A stretch of DNA of 64,000 bases, taken from positions 13,826,001-13,890,000 of the forward strand of contig CM120640.1 in the NCBI GenBank assembly GCA_051362555.1, read 5' to 3'. Below the pieces are notes generated by a model that saw only the letters and a list, made by a program, of their open reading frames with translations, ran no database searches and had not been told where the DNA came from. Numbering within the stretch: the first letter of the stretch is position 1; the number at the start of each line of letters is the position of its first letter. Shown piece by piece: positions 1-12,800 of the stretch. The translations under genes and the position numbers were made by a program. The DNA is from Lingula anatina. Lineage: Eukaryota; Animalia; Brachiopoda.

Positions 1-576
1 TTTCACATTCACCATGCACAAGCTATCACACCTGACTACATACACCCAATCACCACTGCTTAGGAACTCTAACATGAAAACTGGCAACAAAAATTTCATC
101 TAAAATTAATAAAAATGGCAAAGAATCTGATCAATCTGGCATTCCCTTCATTACCTTAAAATACTATCACTGATGACAAAAACTGTCAAATGAGTTGGTT
201 GCACATAAGAACTCATAATGTACTTATCTAAATGAAGTATAAAATATTTTCACAACTGCAACCTCTGGATCAAATTTCATATACACCAGGTAGTAATCTG
301 CATTTAAAAGTACATAAAAATAATATCAAATTCACAACAGGTGTGAAACAAGGAAAAAGTGTCTCTATGAAGGACTTAAAATCATAACAGTACACACAAC
401 TGTGTAAAAAAAATTAAAACTTCAATCTGTTGGCAATTGAAAGTTTCTTTAAATAGCAAATAAATACTTCAAAAAGTATTGATTTTTCATAATAAATAGA
501 TCTGTCCAACCGAAATAATTTCCAATGCAGGTCTAATATTAGTATTGTATCATTAACATAAATAACCCAGTTTCAT

Positions 577-3500
577 TCACAGTACCACCCTGGTCTTGAA
601 GTAAGAGTCAGCATAGTGGCCACCTATACCCTGTGAGTGTTGACCTATATAAGGGCCAGGAGGACTGGCCTCTGGTGAAGGAAGCAGGTGGAGAGCGCGT
701 CTTTTGGCTGCTACTGGTGTCTCTATAGGTGTCACTGCAGACTGAAAATATGAACAGTTTAATTTAACACAAGAAGTACAAAAAAGAAAAAAATAACAAC
801 CAAACACTTCTTATTGCTACTAGATCAGGAATGTTTTATATTACAAACCACACAGAAACTATTAGCAAAATCCTGATTTTTTTAAAATTCTGCCATATTT
901 CCATAAAGGAAAAAAGATTTATGTCTTACCCGCTTCAGGCCAACCCTCTCCACTTCACTTGGTGTCTGTTCTGGTACACCAGGAACCTGCCCCATACCTG
1001 CATTTGAACCTCCCAGAATGCATCCAACCTGAACTTTTCTCCTGCTTCTTGTCCTTGGTCTGGTGATGGTCTTATTAGTCTGAAAGAGGACGGTGCAACA
1101 AAAACTGATTACTGAGCAAGCATTATATGTTTGAGTTCACTTCTGTTTTTGAAAGCTCACAGAGTTCATTTTCAACTAACAATAATAATCATAATTATTA
1201 TTATTATTTTGTAACACCAACTATTGGGTTCATGTATTATTTTCATAAAATTATTTGATACCTGTTCATCAGGTTTTAGGTTCTCCACTTCTACTGGTTG
1301 AATGCTCTGTTTTTCTGGGTCAGAATTTTCATCATTCCAAAGTCTTCTGTCAGTTACAGTAGATTTTACAGGCCTGTAAAAATGCATTAAATTACAGAAA
1401 CAATTTATTTTAACACCCAAAACTTCAAAAGTGGTCCAAAAAATTTAAAGTTAAGCAAAAATACAGTCTGGTAGTTATGGGGCATACAAATGTGTCTGAT
1501 AGATACAATGACCACATGGACACTGTTCTTGATATGAATATGAAAAAGCATTCTTGCTGTATTATATTGAAAATGTTACGCTAAATGTCTTGTTTTTATA
1601 GTTATTTTCTTACCTTACTGCTTTTCCAATTTTTCTGATTGGCACCAAGTTGTCTGTTTGTTGCAAAATTGCCCCCAATTGCAAAACATCTCCCACATTG
1701 TCCAAATCCGACAAATCATGCCGAGTTTTAAAATCCTCTTTTTGTGGCCTGGTCAGTTCATTTTTGACAACAGGAACTGCTTGCTGTACATTTTGCAAAT
1801 CCTTACACTTGTCATGGAAAGGAAGTTGTTTTTGTCTACTTCTCAGATTGTAACGCACATGTGCATTCTGCAGTTGATTTGGCTGACTGATATTTGGCTG
1901 TTGATACTGAAACATGTTACTGTTTGAACTGTACACAGCACCAAATTGCCTCTGTCCTCCATTAACCTTTTGTGCTGGCTGACAATTGTTAAGATTATCA
2001 TGTATGAAAGAAGCGTCAGCACTGACCAGTGTCTTTGGCACATTGAGAGTTTTACCAGCACCGTGTTTATGATGAACATTTGGCAGGTATGGAGGTATTT
2101 GCTCCTGGGGAATGGAATGCAGAGGGGGTGGTGGCACTTGATGGATTTTCTGAGCCAGAGACTGCAGGAAGGCACTGGCTTCTGCTACGAGTGGGTTGCC
2201 CAGGAGGGATGAATTTTGTGCTTTGTTCATAAGGTTTTCCTAAAATTATTAGTATATAATAATATAACATTAGATAGTTTTACATCTTACAAAAAATCGT
2301 GTATCAATAAATTACAGTGCATACTTACACAATGAAACTTCTACCTTTTTGCTACAATTCAAAAATTCATGCAGACAGTAAATCATACGATAAAAAATCA
2401 AGACTATAAAAGCAAAGAATGGAACTGAACATTTTCTGGAGATAATAGATTTTACTGACATCAAAATTATTAATGAAGAATTTGGCAAACATATATATGT
2501 GGAATGTAGCATCAAATAGCAAACTTGAGTACATCTTACCTGAGCCCTGAGGTGAGCCTGCAGATTTTCAAGGTCTCTCAGAAGTTCTTTTGCAGCAGGC
2601 AGCTAGAATATATGAGCTGACTTTAGTTGAATTTAGCCTTCCCAAACGGACTTTTTTAAGAATGTTTTTTTTAAGTGATGAACATTATTTTATTCCAATT
2701 TTTGTTGAAGAGAAAAATGTTGGGTATATCTGTTTTAATCTGCTGCCATTTTAAAACATTAACATAAGGAAACAGTTTGCTCAGTACCTGTTGTTGTCCA
2801 TTGGGTGTATTCTGAGCAGACAACAGGAGGACCAGTGCCATCTGTATGCCTGGATTAGAGAGAAGCAGGCGGATATCAGGACCTTCTGAAAATGTAAGCA
2901 TACAAATATACTAATTGATTTTCATGTTTACTGACAGTTAACCCCCCAAATAATGTTTTTTCATATTTTAAATGTTTGATCAATTTGGTTTAAAACATAT
3001 ATATTTTTTTGTGTATAATATCATACAATTTTGTATTATTTGATATGTAGAAAATTCAAAAGAATTAGAGATTTTTGTTGGATTATACAAAGCTTTTTTT
3101 TGATAATTACCTTGAGGCTGCTGGCCAAGAACCTGCTGAAGATCATGGAGCAAGGATGTAAAACTCCTTAACACTGAAAAAAATTAGTTTAAAATCATAT
3201 TAATTGTTATTTCATTACCATAAATATAAAAGATATAATTATCATTTTACAATTTGAATGAGAACAACTGTACCAGTGACATTTAAATTAAGACTTTCAG
3301 AATATGAATCTAAATGTAAATGGTCAATGTAATGTTGACCATGACAGAAACTTGAGATCTACTAAAATACAATTCTTTGCCAAATGCTTTAAATAAATAA
3401 ACATAATAAATATATGCCTTGCTACTCACACACTGGGTTCTGGTGGAGAAGACCTTGGACCGATGTAACAGAAGTGGCCGAGTTGTGCTGAAAATGAAAA

Positions 3501-6500
3501 GCATAAGTTTTTTAATTAAAAAAACAATAATATGAATAATCGCAGAGTTGAGGATGAAATATTTGTGGACATAAGGTTGTTATTTATCAAAATGCCAGTC
3601 AATGCAATGCTGCATGGAAAAGGGTTCACACATTTATACATGACTACTCTCTTTGCCACTGAATTACAGAACACTTCATCAACAACAATCTATTATGAAG
3701 ACCCAATTATTACTTTCTCTACAGCCCTCCTGTAGGTTTTCTCACAAGACAGCTCAGGAGTACAAAATGTCACTTTGATTTGGTGTCCTTGAAGTGTTGT
3801 ATTATGTGTTAGCTGTTGGGTAACCTCTGCTTCTACTGCATTCCTGAATCCCACTATTCCAAAACCCAGGCTGTCTCCATTTCTCATGGCCAACTAAAAC
3901 AATGAAAAGGCAGCAAAACTGTCAAATAAATGCATATGAATGACAAAACTGACAGAAGCAATGACATAAAAAACAGTTAAGTTATTTCCAATATGGTGTG
4001 CTATATTAAAATCTATTCGTTAAAAACTGCAAAACGAGTATTTTAGAGATATTGAATTACTTTCCCCATTAGCTACTTTTAATCAAATCATGGTTGTCTT
4101 TAAAGTTCACTCAGAGAAACAACTCACCTGACAGTATGCAGGAGGCACCACCTTACTAAACATTTCCTTGAACTGGACAGAATTGTAATAGTTGTCAGGA
4201 AGATTATCCACAAACAGACACTTGGAATGCAAGTCCTCGTACATCACAATAGCAGGATCTACAAAGTCACAGTGGCTGGTCCAGGTACCCTGATTCATGC
4301 CATCCAGCTGGCATTTCACTTGCTGTGACATGTCTCTGTTGTGGGAAAACTCCACAAAACCATACCCTTTACTAAAACCTGTGTAAGAAGAATACAAATG
4401 AAATTGCTGTATCATGCTCGAGTTGAAACAAAATATAAAATAACAATGTTATCATTTGAAAGGTATATATATTGTTGGAATATACATGGGGATCATTGTA
4501 GCATACTTCTTATTTACTCTACAGAATCATGTGCAAATTGGTTGTCTTTCTCTTTTTAAGCCTAAACAAATTACCTGTTAGAAGTGCCTTTTTAAAAGTA
4601 TTTGTCAAATATTTTACCTAAGCAGAGGCAGTGCACTATTTTGATAATGTTACACAAGTGAAATTTAAACATACATCCGGTCATTTCTAGGAATCTTTTC
4701 ACTCTTCTACCAGTATATTACATCACTTATGGTATACCTGTCATTTCACTTCTCATCAGAAACAATTTCTCTGTCTTTCCGTAAGGTTCCACTAAGGCTG
4801 CAAGATCCTGTTCTGTGAAGTTGAATGGCAGTTGTGTAAAACATATCAAGTTCTCTTTGGGAAACACCGCAACCTCCACTTCTGTGCCAAGAAGTTTCTT
4901 TCCCTGAAGTTTCTGCACCAGCTCATCAGCCTGGTCCCCATCCACAAGGGTTACAACAGCTAGTAGGGACAGAATTATCAGTTTGTCACACAACATAGAA
5001 ATATAACTGATATTAATTTGTGTAAGAAAGAGTTGTCAAAGTAAAACCCATCAGTTTTATGTTAACCAAGCTGTATCTTATGTTACAATTTCTAGTACAA
5101 ATATTATGTCCAAATATGAAAGATCTCATCATGACCATACCTCTCCTTGCTTTCTTGCTGATAGATATGTTGAAAATTTCATAGCCTCCAACAAAATCCT
5201 TTACTTCCTAAAATAAAAACAGAACATAAAGGATTGACTGACAACATGCAGTAAAGTTAAAGGTACTCTTCATAGAATTTACTCACCAAAATTAATTTTC
5301 CTTGGGAGGGGAAAATAATTTTCTCTTACTCACAAATTATTGCTTGACCCGTTCCAACATACCTGCACTTGGGTACCATGTTTTATTCCATTTTAGACAA
5401 TAATTTGGTTCTTAATGACTGGGAAGTCACTTAGAAAACCATGTCTTCCTGTACTGTTCATTTTAGAAGGAAATATTAACATTTATTTTACACTTTTATT
5501 TGAAGGGTTTAATGTTTTTGAGGTCTGAATTGAGGAAGATACTAGTAAGTAGCTTTACAGGATATGAAGACATACATTTTGGAACTTTCTACAGGGTACA
5601 GTATAACTTTAATAAACAATCAAAACAATAAATATTACAGAGATGCCACTTTTTTCTTGAAATTTCAGTTACCCTTGGGTTGTGACTAGTAACTGTTATT
5701 TATTCACCTTTTTTCTTCATATATTTGTATAGCATACAATACTGAAAAAATCAAACAATTTGTCCGTTTAAATGATTGTAGCGATACAAGACCCTTTTTT
5801 CACCCAAAGGAAATTATCTATTATTATGCAGTAACTCAGAAACTTGATGGAGTATGACACAAAGGACAGGAGGGTAACTACCTGTATCAATTATTACTGA
5901 CAGGTGAGTTAAGAACTGGGCTTAACCTGCCATTTATTTCATGTTGGCATCTATTCAGGTAACAGCTAAACAATCAAATTCCCTACGTGTGTGGGCATTT
6001 CATTGGTTTACTCCAAGATTGGGCCATATTGGAGCTCGGGACTGAGACTGGTTTGACTTCGAATTCTCAAATTAATATTAAACGTACATGGAGTCTTGAC
6101 TTGCCTCACTGTAGGACGTCTTTTTGTTCCATACTTACAGAAGTGCAAATCTTTACACCGAGGCATTCCTCTATTTTCTCGCATTTTTCTTCAAACAGGA
6201 AGCCATGCTCAGTGTGGATACATATTTTCTATTTATAAAGTATATTATACATCCCTCTTCCTAAAATATTTTAGCAGCAATGTAATTCTTAATCTGGACA
6301 CTTACATCGTACGTTACCGGTGGGACGTTCGTGATGGCAACTTGGCGACCTTTGTGGAACTCTGTCCTCGATTGCCGCAAAACAGCTTCTTTGTTTGGAA
6401 ATAACTCCCCATTCCATTCTAAATTATTCAGCATGTCTTTCTCCACAACTCCGTACGAATTTGGAAAATTATGCAAGCCGCTGAGCTGCAAAACATTACA

Positions 6501-6539
6501 ATTGTTTTCGCCGGGCACCTGCAATACGGAGGCCGCCAT
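577..6539 (-). CDS. RAVER: RAVER1/RAVER2-like ribonucleoprotein, PTB-binding (three RRMs plus low-complexity C-terminal region); 13 exons, 762 aa
   Basis: Exons in transcript order: 6306-6539, 5141-5207, 4738-4959, 4128-4378, 3714-3893, 3430-3487, 3111-3173, 2788-2885, 2540-2602, 1614-2239, 1262-1373, 930-1079, 577-741. All GT-AG, phases consistent, total 2289 nt. Start context AAAATGGCG. RRM1 RQVAITNVPP..AVVTLVDGDQA, RRM2 with RNP1 KGYGFVEF, RRM3 with LFVDNLP and LGFGIVGF. The C-terminus HLLPSPEASPPGPYIGQHSQGIGGHYADSYFK matches the Raver-family terminal motif. The small middle exons are less certain. Confidence 0.9.
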
Positions 6540-7372
6540 TTTTAAATTCAAAATAGTATCCCGTCAAGCAGTTCGGTTTGACCTACTTCTATTGTCAACA
6601 ATAATGCACACCTGTTATTCAGGTTCTTTGCCCTCTAGACAATACATGAGAAGCAGCCAGTGGAGATATTCATATAGACCAAATTTACAAAATGAGACCA
6701 GATGGTTTTGTAATAAAACCTGGGTTTGTTTTTAAAGGAGGATAAAGGCATGATAAAAGATCAAGTACATGTAAAGATACAGTACGTATATACCAGTACT
6801 ACGGTAGTATTTACTGGTACAGTACGTAGTGCTACTGGGGTTGAGTTAGATGGGAATTAATGTTAAAAGGTCTAAACACAACTATCTTTGTTGCCCTCAC
6901 AGTTAACAAGCATTAAACATCTATTTAAAATTAAATCATATTAAAAATTTCATTCTACAATAATTTCTATATCAATATCCATCGTGGTTGGATTCCTTAT
7001 AATATAAATTACTCAGTATAATTAATGAAAATGTATTGATCAGCAAATGTGGTTACATTCATATCCTTGCCGAACAAGTTTTCACCGAATATAAAAAGCG
7101 CGAATAAGTAGTAAGATGCAATATAAGGCACATCATTAGGCTCTGTGTGCGAGTTTTTCTTACAATTCAGCCTTTTACTGCAAGTCTCATATATACAGAA
7201 GTATTTTTAAATTTAAATTATTTGAAAATACTAAAAAAAAAAGTAAAAATAAAATAAAAATAATTAGATTAATAAATAAAAAAAACTTATGCAGGTTGGC
7301 TCAAAGATACATTTAGCTAGAGAAATGTTTAAATGTTTCAGCCAAAGGAATATAGCCCATGCATACATTGTT

Positions 7373-7378
7373 TTTATT
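7373..7378 (-). terminator. Candidate AATAAA polyadenylation signal of ALDH2 (3'UTR about 1 kb)
   Basis: tttatt on + (AATAAA on -) about 1 kb past the ALDH2 stop. Other hexamers are nearby, so this is only a candidate. Confidence 0.35.
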
Positions 7379-7823
7379 CAATCACAGCTTGTATATACAC
7401 CGGTACAACAGCATTTACAAAGGTACCTTTTCTGACAGCTTTAACATGAAAACTGTCTCACCTTCAAGTACACTTTATTAATTCTGACTGCAAATAATGC
7501 TTCTGATACAGTGCCAATGACTTCATACATGTAATAGTAATGTGAATTTTGTGCTCATAATCAGCGATTTGCAATCACTGACATTTATGAATACTGTTTT
7601 TGCAACTAAATATTGCTTATTAAAAGTTAATTTTGGCATGTTACATTGTGCTATCTGAATCATAATATTTTTCACACTATTAAAATTAACTTTTTTCCTG
7701 TCTGATAATCATCATGAATAATGGCAAGATAGGAATAAATCTTGATTAATGCGTCACAACACATCTAAGGCTGACAAGGTAAAAAATAAAAGTCAGCAAT
7801 TCTGTATCTGGTTATATCACACA

Positions 7824-7983
7824 GCTGCAAATCTACTGCATTACTTTGTAATTATTATGAATGAGAATTTGATATGCATACAAAAAATGCTGCACAAGTC
7901 AATACTTAAAGCAGCAAATTTACTGCATTAATTTGTAATTACCATGAATGAGAATGTGATTTGCATACAAAAAATGCTGCACA
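7824..7983. repeat. Two-copy tandem duplication, period 87 bp, in the ALDH2 3'UTR
   Basis: gctgcaaatctactgcattactttgtaatt...catacaaaaaatgctgcaca at 7824 recurs at 7911 with a few substitutions. Confidence 0.85.
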
Positions 7984-8381
7984 TGTAAATAAACAATGTT
8001 GTAGTGACTCTAAATCTCATACAATCTTTCTATATCTATATTAAGAAATACAATCCTACACAGGCCATATTCACATCAGAGGGTATACTCAACTGATACA
8101 ATCTATAATGGTTCTTGGGCTCTATTAAGTCTTACCTAATAGCCAGGCTATTAAATTGTCTATCTCTCAAAGGGATCTGATACAGACTGAATCAGTTAAG
8201 TATACCACTCCAATTAAAAAGGGCCATGGACTACTGAGTATATTAAAATATACACTCATATTTCTCAGTATATTTGCACTGTTAGTAAAAATCTTAATGG
8301 CATTTAAGCTGCTTCAACTATGGTCCATGACAGCATGAAAGATATTGCAGATTTTGAAGGTTCTTGAAGTGCACCCGCACC

Positions 8382-9264
8382 TTAAGAGTTCTTCTGTGGA
8401 ATCTTGATGCACACCTAAATATATATTTATATACATATAAATATTTGATTCACACAATTGTTATTCAAATGAATTAAATTTCATCATAAACAAGGCAACT
8501 GATTTTTTCACTTTCATCCATAATTTCAATTACTTGGACTCTAGATTAGCATAAGAGATGATGCTATTTTCAAGTAAAATTCTCCTTCTTTATGCCCAAA
8601 ATTAGTTTTAAAATATTTTACTTACACTCTTAACCTCGGTGTAGTTATCCAAAGCATACTCCCCAAGCTCACGTCCATTGCCAGACATCTTGTAGCCACC
8701 AAATGGCATGGATGCATCAAATTTGTCGAAGGCATTCACCCTAAATAATGCATAATAAAATAAACAACTTACAGTAACGAGGCAATGCACAAAATATGGT
8801 GTGTTAATTTTTTTTGCTCTTACATGCTGGGGTTGAAATGATAATCCAAAACGTATGGTACGTGAATGTGATGCAAATGAAATTCTCCAAAATTCAATTC
8901 CCCCATAAAACATGGGTCAAGTAGTGAAGTTGAGAAAAAAATATCATTCAAAATGACTCACCACACTGTCCCAGCTCTCAGTCCCTGGACAATATAGTTC
9001 ACTCTGTCCATGTCATTTGACATGATGCTGGCTGCCAGCCCATACATGGTCTTGTTAGCCCGCTCAAACAACTCATCCATTGTTTTGAACTTCAGGATCT
9101 GCATCACAGGTCCAAAAATCTGGAAAATACATGACCAATGTTCAAATGTTTAACCACTGTCTGACAATCTTTCGCTATTATTGTTTTTGTTACATTGTCC
9201 TTTCCCCAAGTATTCTATTGTTTATATCTATCAATATCCATCTAGGTTTAAAATCACCCAAAGT

Positions 9265-9309
<45 letters not shown>

Positions 9310-9822
9310 TCTTTTTTGGGCACTAAAATGTGTACAGGTTACATTTATAGGCTCTCTAATCTACTGTTAGTTTTATAACATACAAGTAAATACAAAATAC
9401 ATATGACATGATGACTGGGAAATAGCATTTAGGATAAAACAACTATTGCTAGTGATGGGTGTCTTGTTTTTTTTTTTTTTTTTTGATGTTATAGGTTTTC
9501 TTGATACCTCTTCTTTAGCGATCCTCATATCATCCTGCACATCAGTGAAGACAGTGGGTTGAATGAAGTACCCACTGCTGCCCATTTTCTCTCCTCCAAC
9601 TCCCAACTTGGCTCCTTCTTTCTTGCCACTTTCGATCAGATCAAGGATCTTGTTGTACTGCTCCTCATCAATCTGTTAAGTAAAGTGCACTTGGCTTGAA
9701 ATGTCTGTCCCTTTATAACAATAGGGTCTTAATATCTAATGGACCAAAGCAGAGACAGTGGCCTCAAACAAAACAAATTAACAAAATTTTATATTTGCTA
9801 AATAAATGTGGCAGACAGTGAA

Positions 9823-9876
<54 letters not shown>

Positions 9877-12800
9877 AAATAAAAGATTACTTTGATATTG
9901 CACTGTAACAGTTTTAAATAATCACTCTGTTAGATAACTTACTTGTGGACCCTGCTCATTACTGCGATCAAAGGGATCACCAACAGTTCTGCACTTGGCT
10001 CTCTCCACACTAGCCTCCACAAACTTATCATAAATCGATTCTTCAACAAAGATGCGGGACCCAGCACAGCAGCATTGCCCTTGGTTGAAGAAAAGGCCAA
10101 AATGGCTGGTTTCCACTGCATCTTCCACTGGAAGGATGAAACAAATCTAAAAATACACAACTGCCACCCTACAGCATTTTAAAACTTGTTTTGACTACAC
10201 AATGAGTAGATTCTCATTTTAATTCAGTTTTTTTTTTTAAATATAAAATCAATAAGTTTGTTATTTAAGCTGGAAACATGTTCTGTTTCTATCCCAATGA
10301 AAAATAAATATTTTTTCAAAATCTTCAGTGTCACACGTTAATGCAAAGCAAACAGTGCTCATCTAACTGGCAACTGGAAATGCCACATTAACCTTCTATT
10401 TTTATCATGTTATTAGTCCTATCTAAAATATCAGCTTACAGTTGGCATCAGCCAGCACGATGTTTGGACTTTTGCCTCCCAGCTCCAGGGTGACCCTCTT
10501 CAGGTTGCTGTCATTGGCCAGTCTTCCCACAATCTGACCAACCTAGATGACATTTGAGAAAATATGTTATTTTCACAGATTAAACTTGAGGTGGAGGCTG
10601 AAAAGTGATGAGGCAAACCATTCCATTCCAGGAGGCAACTCACCTGCAGACTGCATCTCTCTCCTGGCTAATTGTTTTAATAATGCGTATATTTCAAAAC
10701 ACATCTTTACTGACATGTATTTGTAAAAGGAGAGCCCTGGCAAGTCCCAATTGATTTTTTGCAAAGTATACAGTAAACAAATATAATTAATGTTCTGTGC
10801 ATCAGATCCAATAAAGAATATCCCCTACCTCAGTAGATCCAGTGAAGGCCAGTTTTTCCACATCCATGTGTGCTGCAAGAGCTGCTCCTGCGGTAGGACC
10901 ATAACCAGGGACCACATTTAAGACACCTGGGGGAAAGCCAGCCTACAAAATAAAATCCATTAACACTCTTGTAACGGACAGAAGGAAAGTATGAGGTAAT
11001 AGAAAAAATTGAAAAACTGTCAAATGGACAGTCATAAAAATATCAATACTGTAAAAATAGATCCAATCAGGCTTATTTTCAAACTCAAGCTATATATTAG
11101 TAATATAAATCATACCTGTACATATGAAAATATTAATTAACATGGTTTTCCTTTGAAAGACACAGGTGATGTCTTTAAGTCCAGTCACATTGTGCAGGGA
11201 TAAGGTTGCCATTTAGACCCATGATACTTTGGACTCCCAAAAAGTCGGAAATCCGCTGATAGTAGAAAAAAAAAACTCATCCCTGTTTGTGTGTGTCAAT
11301 AAAAAAAACACAGCTCAATAAAACTATTTATGTGAAAACATAGTATGCAAACTTCAACAGAAGTGAACTTGAATTATATAACAGCTGTCTGCAGCATGTA
11401 TTTATAACTGACTGTTAGTATACAAGACTGTACCTCTGCAGCCAGCTGGGCTACAACATTAGCTGTGAGAGGAGTCTGTTCAGCCGTCTTCAACACCACT
11501 GTGCAGCCAGCAGCCAGAGCTGGACCAATCTTCCACGCCATCATCAAGAGGGGGAAGTTCCACTGAAGATGAGATACATATCTTTTATTTTTAAACTTGC
11601 ACAAGATCAAACATTCATTAGAATCTGTTGTTGGATATATAAATACTTAGTGGCATTTAACCCCATTATTTTGTTTATAAATGAATTATTTTAAAAAATA
11701 AACCATAACAAACATGCACACATGCATTAAAAAAATAGCATGTTAAAAATTTATACATACAGGTATGATTTGACCAGCTACTCCAATTGGTTCATGACGG
11801 GTGTATGCAAAGAAGTCACCAGCTGAAATCCCAAGAAAGAATATAATGAAAACACCTCAAATGTGCTTCAAGGATCAATACGTTTCATTTTCATAACTGA
11901 GTTCAAAGTTCAAATAGACCACCAACCTTCCACTGTTCGACTTCAACAGCAATTTTTTTCATAACTATAACTTGGCTCAATTTTTTTTACTTCACTACAG
12001 ACCATCCAACTAATTAATTAATAATTAATAATATATAATAATAAATAATTAATCCATCAAGATAATTATTAGGGGTGATGTTAGTCAGTCAAACATACTT
12101 ATTGGTATGGTCTTTCCCTCAATCTTATCAGCCCAGCCAGCATAGTACCTGAAATCACGGCAGACAAGATATGGCCGCTTTCAACCAAATATATCTAGGG
12201 CACTTCAGAAATTCTAATTATAATTGTTGAAATTACCCAAAAATTATGCAACTGTATTGTCTTAAATTTTCTTTCAAACACTACCAGTAGATTTAATTTT
12301 GCGATTTTCTCATAACTTTGAATAGGTTTGATCTGTAAATGACACAAAACATATGGCAAATGCCAATTCAAAGTGCACTTAAAGTTTAGTGTAGACATAC
12401 TATACCTTAAACACTGAATAACCAATGGCAGGTCAGCAGTATAGGCCACGTGGAAAGGCTTTCCATTGTCCAGTGTTTCCAAGGCCTGGAGAACATAACC
12501 AGCATTTTTACCACACACATATATTCACAAACACAACAACTTTGTTCTTTCTTTAATACCTTATATCAATTATCAGTTATTGATGGATTGTTGCTAGTAG
12601 TGTCTATGATCTGTAACTGATATAAAAACATATAAGATTACAGTATTACTTATTCATGAACTTCCAATCATTTTCAGGCAGTTGAAATGTGTGGTCTTAG
12701 TTCCATTCAAAATGCTCACTGTGATACAAGCAGAAGTTGAATGCTACGTACAGCTAGGTAAGCCCTGTTCTGCTCCACCAGGTCCGCCAGCTTGTACATC

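Noticed and set aside
6775-6836. GTAC-rich short palindromes upstream of RAVER
   Set aside because: Low-complexity sequence with stems of 8 bp or less, compatible with chance.
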